Source of the DNA: a virus
Length of the DNA: 27,188 nucleotides
Virus record (IMG/VR): IMGVR_UViG_3300001480_000091
Reading direction: 5' to 3' (one strand)
This document shows positions 13,510 to 23,266 of this stretch, piece after piece. Within the stretch, counting starts at the first letter, position 1. Every line of letters starts with the position of its first letter. Under the pieces are notes generated by a model that was not told where the DNA came from, made no database searches, and saw nothing but the letters and a program-made list of their open reading frames with translations. The position numbers and the translations under genes are program-made.

Positions 13510-15420
13510 TTAACATGCAATTATATAATTTATTACTATATATGGTTGTAAAGTGCTTGTAGTTCCACCTAATTCAGTTACTTCTGTCATTGCATAAGCA
13601 GTTCCACCAATACCACCATTATTTAGTGCTTGTCTATTAAAATTATCACTTCCTGTTGGTACTTTTGATTTATATGCAATTTGTGCATAATTTGCACTTG
13701 AACGACCTACTTTTGCATAAGCATTTGATAAATTATCTGTTTTACTACCACCTGTTTCTCCTAATGTATCAAATGAAGTATCACTAGATTTATAACCTAC
13801 AGGAACTCTACCTTGTAAATCAGGAATATTAAATGTTGTAGAACCATCTCCTGCTCCATAAGTTGTTCCTATTACACTAAATAGATTTGCATAATCATCT
13901 CTACTTACTGCACTTCCATCACATATTAACCACCCACTAGGAGCAGTAGAACCTGCATACATTTGTATAGAACCTGTTATTACTCCGCCAAGTGGATGTC
14001 CATTTAGTTCTATACTTGTATTCAATTCAGGGAAGCAATTAACTCCAACAGACCTTTTTAATCTATCAAAGTAAACAATTGGAATACCTCTATCTAATGT
14101 CAGATTATATGTTGTTTGTCCTAATAAGTCTTGAACTAATACTTGGACATCCCATTGATAGTTATTATCTAAATTTAATGTTGATGTAACATTGTCTTGC
14201 AATGTTACATATGAACCATAACTACTATCGGTTACTTTCTTATATCTTGTTTTTAATGTTATTGTATTATGACTATCTAAACTAGAATAATTAGCATCTA
14301 CATTTATATTTGTATTTGAATAGTAATTATTCTCTCTTTGCAGAGTAATAATTGCAGTAGGCAATTCCCAATTTAGAACTTCTAACTCTAATGTTTGTGT
14401 TGTAGTAAATCCTCTTGAATCAGTTAGAGTTACTACTGCATTTGTGTTTGTTGATAAATTTAATGCACCAATATTAAAAGTGGCAGTTGAACCACTTAAT
14501 GTTGTTGTATATTCAGTTCCATTTATTGTAGCTTTAATACTACTAAATGTTGCATATTTATATGCAGTTGCATTTGATACATCTATTTCTAATGTGCTTT
14601 GATTTCTTATTATTTGTTGATTATCTCCTGTTATTGCAGTTGTTGTTGAATTACTATCTAAATAACTTGCATCAAATGTAGGAGATGCATCTACTATTGT
14701 CATTGTATAGTCTTTATAACTTGCACTTAATTCAGTATTTCCACTCATTGCACAAACAGTTTCTCTTACTGCTAATGTCTTGCTATTAGGACTTAATGCT
14801 CTCAATGTGTTTCTTTCAGATTCAGTTAATTCTAAAGTATAATTTCCTCTATAGTTAGATGCTAAATCTCTTATTATTAATTGAGTATTTCCCCCTGCTT
14901 CTATCTTTACTCTTATATTATAAAGTGATGCAGGATTTGATATGTTATATACAGGATTTTGTATATCAGTAAAATTACTACCACTTGTTAATGTAGGATA
15001 CCTTGCTATTGCAGTTAATGGAGTCCAATCAGTAGTTAATCCACTTGATGCAGGTGCATAAGCAGAAGAACCACCTTTAGCAAAATAAGCATAAGCATAT
15101 CCACTTAAAGCTCCATCATCATTATGTGTTACATCTATTGTTCCACTTGTTGTTTTTGTTTCTCCAGAAGATACACTATTGAAACTTATACTTGCTACAT
15201 ATCTATCATAATTTTCTCTATTATCATGCCAATATAGAGTTAAAGTTGATGCACTTGATGAACTCCACCCAGATCTATTTTGTGATGAAATTGATGCCGA
15301 TAATGTAACATTAGAAGTATTATTAGGTGTGCTTGTAGAATTTTCAGTAAAACTAACTGATAATCCATAATATGCTCCATATGAGGCATATATATTTGTA
15401 TATTTAGAAGCACTTGCCAT
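13510..15420 (-). CDS. Tail fibre / receptor-binding protein with a C-terminal phage tail-collar domain
   Basis: 636 aa, Ser/Thr/Asn-rich. The C-terminus has MYAGSTAPSGWLICDGSAVSRDDYANLFSVIGTTYGAGDGSTTFNIPDLQGRVPVG (collar motif). It is the last tail gene. Confidence 0.85.
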   Translation of the reverse strand: MASASKYTNIYASYGAYYGLSVSFTENSTSTPNNTSNVTLSASISSQNRSGWSSSSASTLTLYWHDNRENYDRYVASISFNSVSSGETKTTSGTIDVTHNDDGALSGYAYAYFAKGGSSAYAPASSGLTTDWTPLTAIARYPTLTSGSNFTDIQNPVYNISNPASLYNIRVKIEAGGNTQLIIRDLASNYRGNYTLELTESERNTLRALSPNSKTLAVRETVCAMSGNTELSASYKDYTMTIVDASPTFDASYLDSNSTTTAITGDNQQIIRNQSTLEIDVSNATAYKYATFSSIKATINGTEYTTTLSGSTATFNIGALNLSTNTNAVVTLTDSRGFTTTQTLELEVLNWELPTAIITLQRENNYYSNTNINVDANYSSLDSHNTITLKTRYKKVTDSSYGSYVTLQDNVTSTLNLDNNYQWDVQVLVQDLLGQTTYNLTLDRGIPIVYFDRLKRSVGVNCFPELNTSIELNGHPLGGVITGSIQMYAGSTAPSGWLICDGSAVSRDDYANLFSVIGTTYGAGDGSTTFNIPDLQGRVPVGYKSSDTSFDTLGETGGSKTDNLSNAYAKVGRSSANYAQIAYKSKVPTGSDNFNRQALNNGGIGGTAYAMTEVTELGGTTSTLQPYIVINYIIAC

Positions 15421-17117
15421 TAATTACCACCTCCTGCTACACTTACTAATCCTATTCCATCATTTACTAGAGTAGAACCATTATATATTTCTATAGGTAT
15501 AAATCTTAATTTATTACATAGAGTTATTTCTTCTTCTACTACACTCTTTTTCATATGAAATTCATCCTGTGCTACCCAATAGATTTTATTATTATTTCTA
15601 TCATATCCTGCAAATCCAACTTCATTATTCATTAATACATAACTACCATCTACACCATACATTTTAAGTCCATTTTTATTTAGTTCTGCTATTAATGTAT
15701 TAGATTCATCAAACACTTCTATTTGTCCATTTTGATTTAAGTTACTACCTAATTTTAATGTTCCACCTTTGATTAAATCAGCAGTTAGATTAATTACATT
15801 TATTTGCTCCATATTTAAAACATTATCTATTGTCCATGCACTATTGAATTGTCCATTTATTCCTGTATTACTAAATCCTATACCACCATTATTTATCATT
15901 ATTACATTAGTAGCATCTTCTTTTGGTAATGTATCTACTATTAGGATTTTATCTCCTTCATATATTACATATGAATCACTTAATGCACTCCATATTTGTG
16001 AAGTAGCTTGTTGTAGTTCATTATTCAATGTTACTTGAATAGTTGCAGTTGATTCTCTTATTACTTCATCAGTCTTTCTTTCTATATTGCTTACTAGATT
16101 AGATAATTGTGGGGTAAAGTTTCCAAATTCTAATTGTATATATTGTTCTAATATACAATCATAATCATATGAAATTATATGTGTTAATAGGTCAATTCCT
16201 AGTCTTTCATCAATGACTTGTATAGTATCTCCTATATCACTTATTTTCTCTACATTAGCACTTAAACTATAATTTACACTAGGGACTTGATGTTCTTCTA
16301 CATAATGAGTTGCTTGTGCATATAAATCTTCTACTAATGCTTGTTTATATGCAGCTTCATCTAAATTTCCATCTTCATCTCTATAGTTATCTTCTTCAAT
16401 GTTATCTTGACTAAATGATATTGTTTTTGTAAATGGAACTACATATGGATTCAATGCTTCTACATATACACTTACATTTGGATCAATTGCATTTAGTAAT
16501 ATTCCATCTTTTCCTACAGGCATTAATTTTGTAACTACATCATCCCAATTATAAGTTGCAGTTATGTTTTTCAAATTTTTAGCATATCTTATTGTTACAC
16601 CATTATCTTGTCCTATTGAATCATATATACCTATAGTCCAATTATCTCTTACTAAATGTCCACTCCATCTTTCTAAAACAACTTGTATTGCTTCATATAA
16701 AGATTTTCTTACACATCTATAACTTGCTATATTAGTTACATTTGAAATTGTATTAAATGGACTTAAATCACTTGTTGCATTATTCAAATGATCTAGAGCA
16801 TCATTACAATTCTTATCTACTACATAACTATCTTCTATTAAGTAATTAACGCTATCATAGAATACATGATTTGCTTTTATTCTGATTTTACTTCTAGTCT
16901 TTTCTACATTAGTTATTCTAAATGCTTGTTCTCCTTGTGGTGTATTAGCAACTATTATATTTCCTGATACTAAATAATCTATATAATCTAAAGGAGCTTC
17001 TACACTTAAGTAGAAAGCTCCATTATCTTCTTTATGAATTACTGCTTTAGTAGTCTTTAATATTTTATCTCCATTAGTGGTATATATCTTATCTAATGTT
17101 TGAAATATCTTTAACAT
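15420..17117 (-). CDS. Tail-associated protein (Tal / baseplate hub, 'minor structural protein' type)
   Basis: 565 aa located after Dit. The N-terminus (LKIFQTLDKIYTTNGDKIL...AVIHKEDNGAFYLSVEAP) resembles siphovirus Tal N-terminal regions. Confidence 0.8.
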   Translation of the reverse strand: MLKIFQTLDKIYTTNGDKILKTTKAVIHKEDNGAFYLSVEAPLDYIDYLVSGNIIVANTPQGEQAFRITNVEKTRSKIRIKANHVFYDSVNYLIEDSYVVDKNCNDALDHLNNATSDLSPFNTISNVTNIASYRCVRKSLYEAIQVVLERWSGHLVRDNWTIGIYDSIGQDNGVTIRYAKNLKNITATYNWDDVVTKLMPVGKDGILLNAIDPNVSVYVEALNPYVVPFTKTISFSQDNIEEDNYRDEDGNLDEAAYKQALVEDLYAQATHYVEEHQVPSVNYSLSANVEKISDIGDTIQVIDERLGIDLLTHIISYDYDCILEQYIQLEFGNFTPQLSNLVSNIERKTDEVIRESTATIQVTLNNELQQATSQIWSALSDSYVIYEGDKILIVDTLPKEDATNVIMINNGGIGFSNTGINGQFNSAWTIDNVLNMEQINVINLTADLIKGGTLKLGSNLNQNGQIEVFDESNTLIAELNKNGLKMYGVDGSYVLMNNEVGFAGYDRNNNKIYWVAQDEFHMKKSVVEEEITLCNKLRFIPIEIYNGSTLVNDGIGLVSVAGGGN

Positions 17118-17118
17118 A

Positions 17119-17820
17119 TTACAACCACCTACTATACATTCTTATATTTGCACTTGTTATTGTTCCACCTAGAGCAATTGTATTATTTCCAGATTCTAAT
17201 CTAAAGTCATCATAATCTCCTGTTACTATTCTATTTAGTAATGTTCCATCATTAGGATTATATGCTTCTAATTTTTCTATATCTATTTCTATTTCAGTAT
17301 TATCTCCCATTACTATATTAAATACTTGATTACCTTCTAATGATATTGTTATTGTTCCTGTTCCTTCAATATACATAATTGGTTTCGAATAGATATTACC
17401 TTTATTTCTTACAATATTATCTCCACTTATTAAAGTAATTGGTGTTTCATTTACTTCATACTTAAATGGTTGACAATGCATTGTTATTGTTGCAGTTTTA
17501 AACTTTAATAGTTTTTCATAATCTATTTGTTCTAATATTTCAAAATTATAATATTTATCGGTTTCAGTTGAAAAGATTATTGTTCCACTTTGATTAAAAT
17601 AACTCATTATTTCATCTAGATCATAACTTCCATACAATCCTATAGTCATTTCTTTATCATATGCACTATAACCTAATCTTGTAACTATATCTCCATCTCT
17701 ACCATCAATTTCTTCAGTATTTGTTCTGATAGATGGTTTTGTTATTGGAGGCATTTCATTTATTGCTAATCCATTTATTGTAGTTGAATTAACACCATTT
17801 ATTATTACATAATTTCTCAT
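17119..17820 (-). CDS. Distal tail protein (Dit)
   Basis: 233 aa located directly after the tape measure. It has the INGVNS...EEIDGRDGD motif typical of siphovirus tail-component proteins. Confidence 0.85.
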   Translation of the reverse strand: MRNYVIINGVNSTTINGLAINEMPPITKPSIRTNTEEIDGRDGDIVTRLGYSAYDKEMTIGLYGSYDLDEIMSYFNQSGTIIFSTETDKYYNFEILEQIDYEKLLKFKTATITMHCQPFKYEVNETPITLISGDNIVRNKGNIYSKPIMYIEGTGTITISLEGNQVFNIVMGDNTEIEIDIEKLEAYNPNDGTLLNRIVTGDYDDFRLESGNNTIALGGTITSANIRMYSRWL

Positions 17821-17830
17821 TTTACACCTC

Positions 17831-20014
17831 CTAAGTATAAATAGTATCAGTAACTGTCTTTACAATAAATTTTCCATACTTTTCATCATCCATAACTATA
17901 TCCATATCTTGTAATGCTTCTTTCATTGCACTTGCCATTAGTCTATAATTAGCATCATAAGATACACTTGGATTTATTGTTGGATTTACACTAGCTTCTA
18001 TTCCTGCATTTAATTGTTTCATTGCTACATCTACATCTTTTAATGCTTGTGGTATTCCTTCTTCAATACCCTCACCAATTCCAGCACTGATTTGAACTCC
18101 TATAGTATCTCTCATTAATGTTGATGGAGAATGAATACCAAATATCTTTTTGAATTTAGCAGTTATTTGTTCTTTTACTTCATTTACTTTATTATTCAAA
18201 TAACTTCCTATTCTACCAAATCCATCACATATTCCTTTGATGATATTCTTTCCTAATTCTCCCCAATTTGTATTAGCAATGCTATTTCTAAATCCTGTTA
18301 CCATTGCTCCAATTATATTAGGTATTGCAGTTAACATTTGAGGTATTGCTTCTATTAATCCTTTTCCTAATGCTAACATTAATTGTAATGCTGCTCCTAT
18401 AATTTTAACTATCATGTCAGGTCTAGTTAATGTTTCTACTAACTTTTGAATTACTTTAGGTAACATTGCTACTAATTGAGGTATTGCATCTACAATTCCT
18501 TCTATTAATGCTACTAATAAATCAATTCCTGTTTCTATTATTAATGGTAAGTTTTCTATTATTGTATTTATTATTGTTTCTATGCATTGAACTAATGTAG
18601 GTATCAATTGAGGTATAGATTGGATTATTCCTTGAACTAATGCAACTAATAATTGGATACCCATCTCAATTATTGTAGGTAAGTTTTCAGTTATAAATCC
18701 TACTATAGCATTTATGATTTGACTTATTGCATTTGATATTCCTTCCATATTAGAAGTAATCATACTCAATAATGCATTAATCATATTTGTAATTGCAGTT
18801 AATAATTGAGGTAATAAATCCAATAATAATTGTGCTATTTGTGGTATTAATGTTTGTAATAATGTTACTACCCCACTCAATATACTTGGTGCAAGTTGTA
18901 TTATTGCATTTCCTACATTATTAAAGACATTAGTTATAGTTTCTGCTAATGCTTCAGGACTACCACTACCATTTAAGAAGTTATCAAATGCTGCTTTCAT
19001 TGAGTTAACTGAACCACTTATTGTTTTTTCAGATTCTTTAGCAGTTGTTCCTGTTACTTCCATTTGTTCTTGAATTACATGGATTGCTTCATAGACATCA
19101 CTTAAATTATTAATGTCATATTTAACACCTGTTAATTTTTCAGCATCTGATAATAATCTTTCCATTTCAGTTTTAGTTCCACCATAACCTAATTTAAGAT
19201 TATCTAGCATTGTATAGTTTTGTTTAGCAAATCCTTGATATGCGTTTTGAATACTAGACATATCAGTTCCAAATTTATTTGCATTATCACTCATATCTCT
19301 AAATGCCATATCAGCTACATCTGCTGCTTTTTCAGTATCTCCACCTAGTGATTGTAATAATGATGCACTAAAACTTGTAACACCTGCCATATATTCATTT
19401 GCACTTACACCTGCAGTCTTATAGGCATTTTTTGCATTCTCTATTACTTTATCAGAACTCTCTTTAAATAATGTTTCTACACCACCTAAATTTTGTTCTA
19501 AATCAGCATAACTTTTAACACCTGCTCCTACTAATCCTGCTAATGCTCCACCTATTGCAGTTGTTACTTCCATCATTTTTTTAGCAACATCTTTAGCAAT
19601 TTCTCCTACTTTTTTAAGTCCTTCTCCTAACTTACTTAAATCAATCTTTGTTGTGCCTTTTAGTTCTTCATTCATGTTTTTTAGAGCATTTTCACTTTTA
19701 GCAATTTCTACACTTAATCCTCTATATTGTTCTTTTTGTTCTTCAGTCAAATTAGCATAATTACCCATTTGTCTTTGTGCTTCTTTTAATGTTTCTAATC
19801 TTTGTGTAGTTGCTTCAATATTCTTTTTTAATACATCTTGTTTTTGTGCTAACAATTCAGTATTCTTTGGATCTAGTTTTAATGCTTGATTTAATTGTTT
19901 TAATTCAGAATTAGTTGAATATACTACTTTATTTACATCTTTTAATGCTGATTCTAATTTTGTTGTATTTCCACCAATCTCAATAGTAATTCCCTTAATG
20001 TTCTTACTTGCCAT
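17831..20014 (-). CDS. Tape measure protein
   Basis: 727 aa with an N-terminal coiled coil, a hydrophobic repetitive core and the FGIHSPSTLMRD motif. It is the largest tail gene. Confidence 0.92.
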   Translation of the reverse strand: MASKNIKGITIEIGGNTTKLESALKDVNKVVYSTNSELKQLNQALKLDPKNTELLAQKQDVLKKNIEATTQRLETLKEAQRQMGNYANLTEEQKEQYRGLSVEIAKSENALKNMNEELKGTTKIDLSKLGEGLKKVGEIAKDVAKKMMEVTTAIGGALAGLVGAGVKSYADLEQNLGGVETLFKESSDKVIENAKNAYKTAGVSANEYMAGVTSFSASLLQSLGGDTEKAADVADMAFRDMSDNANKFGTDMSSIQNAYQGFAKQNYTMLDNLKLGYGGTKTEMERLLSDAEKLTGVKYDINNLSDVYEAIHVIQEQMEVTGTTAKESEKTISGSVNSMKAAFDNFLNGSGSPEALAETITNVFNNVGNAIIQLAPSILSGVVTLLQTLIPQIAQLLLDLLPQLLTAITNMINALLSMITSNMEGISNAISQIINAIVGFITENLPTIIEMGIQLLVALVQGIIQSIPQLIPTLVQCIETIINTIIENLPLIIETGIDLLVALIEGIVDAIPQLVAMLPKVIQKLVETLTRPDMIVKIIGAALQLMLALGKGLIEAIPQMLTAIPNIIGAMVTGFRNSIANTNWGELGKNIIKGICDGFGRIGSYLNNKVNEVKEQITAKFKKIFGIHSPSTLMRDTIGVQISAGIGEGIEEGIPQALKDVDVAMKQLNAGIEASVNPTINPSVSYDANYRLMASAMKEALQDMDIVMDDEKYGKFIVKTVTDTIYT
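18425..18695 (-). repeat. Tandem ~44-aa (132-nt) internal duplication in the tape measure (approximate bounds)
   Basis: ENLPTIIEMGIQLLVALVQGIIQSIPQL... is followed by ENLPLIIETGIDLLVALIEGIVDAIPQL... The DNA word ggtaagttttc recurs ~132 nt apart. Confidence 0.6.
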
Positions 20015-20038
20015 GATATTCTCCTTTCTTATAAATAC

Positions 20039-20064
20039 TAAAAAAACTACCCATAAAGAGTAGT
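20039..20064 (-). terminator. Weak intrinsic terminator/attenuator between the major tail and tape measure genes
   Basis: The minus strand reads ACUACUC-UUUAU-GGGUAGU (7 bp including a G-U wobble) followed by U6-7. A second perfect 7-bp hairpin lies at 20071-20088. Confidence 0.45.
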
Positions 20065-20093
20065 CTTTTTACTACTCATAAGAGTAGTAGTTA

Positions 20094-20654
20094 TTATAGA
20101 TTTGCCTCATATACTTCATCAAAGAATGCTGTATATGCAGCTGTATTTGTTCCATCTTCTTCCATTTTTACCATTACATTTTGATCTGATATTCTAGAGT
20201 TAATAGTAATGTTTAATTCATCTGTAACAGGTGTTTTAGATGTTTCTATTGTTTGAGAAGCTACTGATGGTCTAGATACTGAACATTGATAGAACCAATA
20301 TCTTGTTCCTTTTGAATCTCCTTCAAATTGGCATCCTAATGCAAAGTCTTTAAATGAATCTCCACTATTTTCAATGAATGCTCCATTTCTATCTTTTAAT
20401 TGTCCTAATATTTTTTCTCTAAAATCATTATTGATTAATGCAACTTCTAATGTTCCTGTATAACCTTGATTAGCATAATCACTAAAATATTTTGTATTAT
20501 CAGCAAAGAAATCAGCACTTTCTCCTTCAGGATCTAGTGATAGATTAACTGCTCCTGGTAATGTAAATATATCTCCATATGTTACTTGACTTCCATTATA
20601 AGTAATTGGAGCAATATGAACATTTGATAATCCAAATTTTACTTTATTTGCCAT
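20094..20654 (-). CDS. Major tail protein
   Basis: The start is taken at MANKVKFGLSNVHIAPI (ATG 20652-20654, SD AAGGAGGTAAAC). It is 186 aa and sits upstream of the tape measure. Confidence 0.85.
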   Translation of the reverse strand: MANKVKFGLSNVHIAPITYNGSQVTYGDIFTLPGAVNLSLDPEGESADFFADNTKYFSDYANQGYTGTLEVALINNDFREKILGQLKDRNGAFIENSGDSFKDFALGCQFEGDSKGTRYWFYQCSVSRPSVASQTIETSKTPVTDELNITINSRISDQNVMVKMEEDGTNTAAYTAFFDEVYEANL

Positions 20655-20699
20655 GTTTACCTCCTTATATTTCAAATAAAAAAGCACAATTATATGTGC

Positions 20700-21014
20700 T
20701 TAAATTTCATAAAAATTATGATAAATTCTCTCATCTTCATCCCATACTTCATTTTCTACATCATATGGAATTTTATTATTTGTTAATAATTCCTCGATAG
20801 CTTTTTCTAATGCTATATCTTTTTTTTCAGTAACTAATTCAATTTCAAATTCATATGGTCTATAGTAAGTTATTCCATCTGCCTTAAATGTTTCTGGACT
20901 AATTTCTCTATATGCTACAAATGGTGGAATTATTTTTTTATTTGAATCAAAATGGTCATATGCTACAGGAATACTCAATGTTTTTAATAAGTCATAAATG
21001 TCTTTATGTTCCAT
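20700..21014 (-). CDS. Tail completion/terminator-like protein (called by position)
   Basis: The start is taken at MEHKDIYDLL (SD GGAGGTTAAT). It is 104 aa, between the gp10-like protein and the major tail protein. Confidence 0.5.
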   Translation of the reverse strand: MEHKDIYDLLKTLSIPVAYDHFDSNKKIIPPFVAYREISPETFKADGITYYRPYEFEIELVTEKKDIALEKAIEELLTNNKIPYDVENEVWDEDERIYHNFYEI

Positions 21015-21015
21015 A

Positions 21016-21384
21016 TTAACCTCCATTTTTTATTATGTTTTCTACATCAGTTTCATATTGCTTTACTGCCTTTTGTTCTACAGGATAAATATGAACTTTA
21101 GGAGTAGTTAGCCCACCATTCCTTTTTAAATGTGGCTTTTCAAGTAAATGAGTAAGTTGATAATTAGTAGCATTATGAACTATACATTCAACAAAACCTT
21201 TACCTTTATCTGTTTTAACTCTCCATCCTTTTCTATATGAACCTGTAAGTTTAGGAGATGTGTTTTTTAATTCAGACACAGCTTCTTTTGCTACATCTTG
21301 TGCATCTTTAGTTATTGCTTCTTGAATATCATTAGAATATTCATTTAAAATATCCTTTATTTCAAGAATGCTTTTATTAGCCAT
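21016..21384 (-). CDS. HK97 gp10-like head-tail joining protein
   Basis: 122 aa with TGSYRKGWRVK...NYQLTHLLEKPH, characteristic of the gp10-like family. Confidence 0.7.
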   Translation of the reverse strand: MANKSILEIKDILNEYSNDIQEAITKDAQDVAKEAVSELKNTSPKLTGSYRKGWRVKTDKGKGFVECIVHNATNYQLTHLLEKPHLKRNGGLTTPKVHIYPVEQKAVKQYETDVENIIKNGG

Positions 21385-21691
21385 TTATACCAATCTTCCT
21401 AGCACATACTAAAACAATATCAAACTTATTTTTAGGATCAATTGTTCTTATTACCATGTATCTTTCATTATTCCATTCTAATTCTTCTTCTCCATTGTAA
21501 TTTAGTCTTTTAACAACAAATTCACAACTAGGAGTTAATCCTACCTCTACAGCACTATAAAATTCATTAGTTTTCACACTTTGCTTTTTAGCATAGCATT
21601 TAGCACTTTTTTCAGAGGAATTGATAATATTTCCTATCTCATCCTCTGTTTTACTGGTGCTAATTAAATAAATAATCTCACTATATTGCAC
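21377..21691 (-). CDS. Head closure / head-tail adaptor protein
   Basis: 104 aa located after the connector. The C-terminal pattern is YNGEEELEWNNERYMVIRTID. Confidence 0.65.
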   Translation of the reverse strand: MQYSEIIYLISTSKTEDEIGNIINSSEKSAKCYAKKQSVKTNEFYSAVEVGLTPSCEFVVKRLNYNGEEELEWNNERYMVIRTIDPKNKFDIVLVCARKIGING

Positions 21692-21953
21692 TTTCTATAT
21701 ACTCCTTAGTATGTCTTAAAACATCTTTTTGTATATTATATGAATTTGAATATAGTTCAGCATTGTCTACATCTAAAAAACTTAATACATAAGTTATTAT
21801 TGCAGTTTTAATTAAACTATCAGGATTATCTATTAGAGTATCGACTATGCCGATACTTTTAAGGTCTAATTCAGCTGCTCCAATCCATATGTTAATCATA
21901 TTATCGAAATCAGAATGATTTATACCTTGAATTTTTTTTATTTCTTCTAGCAT
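21681..21953 (-). CDS. Head-tail connector (gp6-like)
   Basis: 90 aa located immediately after the capsid gene. Its helical pattern (IWIGAAELDLKSIG...AIITYVLSF) is typical of this slot. Confidence 0.65.
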   Translation of the reverse strand: MLEEIKKIQGINHSDFDNMINIWIGAAELDLKSIGIVDTLIDNPDSLIKTAIITYVLSFLDVDNAELYSNSYNIQKDVLRHTKEYIESAI

Positions 21954-21974
21954 AGCCTTACCTTCTTTCTACTA

Positions 21975-23147
21975 CTAAACTGTTTCTGGTTTAGCAATTA
22001 ATGTAAATGCTTTATCAGCTACTGCATTAGTTCCTACATATTGTCTACCTAAAATTCTAATTAAATCAGAAGTCATTAGAGTCTTATCATCAAATTTAAG
22101 ATCAACTCCATCTCCTTCTGGGTAGTTAGCTAAAGTACCATGATCGAAATCTCCTACTATAGCATATACTTGTCCAGTTGTAGCTGTTCCATATGCTGGT
22201 AAAGTATTATTAAATCTAACTCTTATACCATCAAATATATCAGCAGCATAATTATTAGCTAATTGTACTCTCTTAAATTCAGCATAAGTTAATTTATTCA
22301 TAACTATAGTATAATCTCCAGCTTCATCACTAAGATTAGCTATAGCATTGAAAACAGTTCCCATTGCTGGAGCTTCTGTAATCTTATTAGCAGATACAGT
22401 ATCATAAATACCATCACTATTAGCTGTTAATGATTGTGGTAATGCAGCAATTTTAGCAATTAAACTATCAGCTGTCTTTTTAACAATTTTATATGTTAAT
22501 TCATCATAAACATATCTTAGGAAATCTTCTCCTCGTAATCCATATACCTCATCTGAAATAGAAATCCATTTCTTTATAGAAACTGGCTTTAATTCTACAA
22601 TTCCTAATACTAAACTTTCTTCAGTAACTGCTCCAGATCCTTCTGCATGTTCTACAGCATCAGTAGCACTTGCTTCAAAGTTTACTTTTAAATTACCTTG
22701 TACAGATACTTTTCTAACTAATGACATAATGTCATCTTTTTCCCATGCTGTTTTAACAATATCATATACAAAATCTGGTACTGCTACTGTTGATGATGAT
22801 CCTGTAATAGTACCAGCATTTTCTGATAATAATGCTCTCATTTCTTCATTATTACCTTTTACATATTCTGCAAAAGCATTAATATACTTTTCAGAGTTTC
22901 TAAATTCTTTCATTTCTTCATTCATACTTTTTACCTCAACTTTCTTTACTTCTTTTACTGCAAGAGATTTTTCTTCCATTTCTTTTGCAGTTTCTTCATT
23001 TTTTTCTTGTTCAGCTATTTGTTCAACTTCTTCATTTAAAGCATCAGCTTCTTTTTCTAATTCTTCTACTTGTTCAGTAGTTTCAGCATTTTCAACTTCT
23101 TCTCTAAGTTCAACTTTTCTAGCTTCAATTTCTTCTTTTCTTGACAT
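21975..23147 (-). CDS. Major capsid protein, HK97 fold, with an N-terminal coiled-coil (delta/scaffold-like) domain
   Basis: 390 aa with an E/K-rich first ~80 aa and a typical HK97-family body. It has a strong SD (AAGGAGGG) and lies downstream of the prohead protease. Confidence 0.92.
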   Translation of the reverse strand: MSRKEEIEARKVELREEVENAETTEQVEELEKEADALNEEVEQIAEQEKNEETAKEMEEKSLAVKEVKKVEVKSMNEEMKEFRNSEKYINAFAEYVKGNNEEMRALLSENAGTITGSSSTVAVPDFVYDIVKTAWEKDDIMSLVRKVSVQGNLKVNFEASATDAVEHAEGSGAVTEESLVLGIVELKPVSIKKWISISDEVYGLRGEDFLRYVYDELTYKIVKKTADSLIAKIAALPQSLTANSDGIYDTVSANKITEAPAMGTVFNAIANLSDEAGDYTIVMNKLTYAEFKRVQLANNYAADIFDGIRVRFNNTLPAYGTATTGQVYAIVGDFDHGTLANYPEGDGVDLKFDDKTLMTSDLIRILGRQYVGTNAVADKAFTLIAKPETV

Positions 23148-23198
23148 AATTGCCCTCCTTATATTTTTAGTTCTTTAAAGGCATCCTATATTCCTATT

Positions 23199-23266
23199 CA
23201 GCTCTCCAGCTGTCTATTAATACAACTTAGTTGCTCTCCAGCAACAAAAAAACATCTCTCCAGATG
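23199..23266 (-). repeat. Three hairpins sharing the core CUGGAGAG with covarying flanks (GGAG loops)
   Basis: The minus strand has CAUCU-GGAG-AGAUG (23253-23266), UUGCU-GGAG-AGCAA (23231-23244) and CAGCU-GGAG-AGCUG (23199-23212), all in the protease-capsid intergenic spacer. Confidence 0.65.

Noticed and set aside
1407-23266. The short repeats (13-mer boxes, GGAG hairpins, CTACTC hairpins) considered as a CRISPR array
   Set aside because: The repeats are only 13-14 nt, with 3-4 copies. Their orientations are mixed or their spacing irregular. There are no cas genes.
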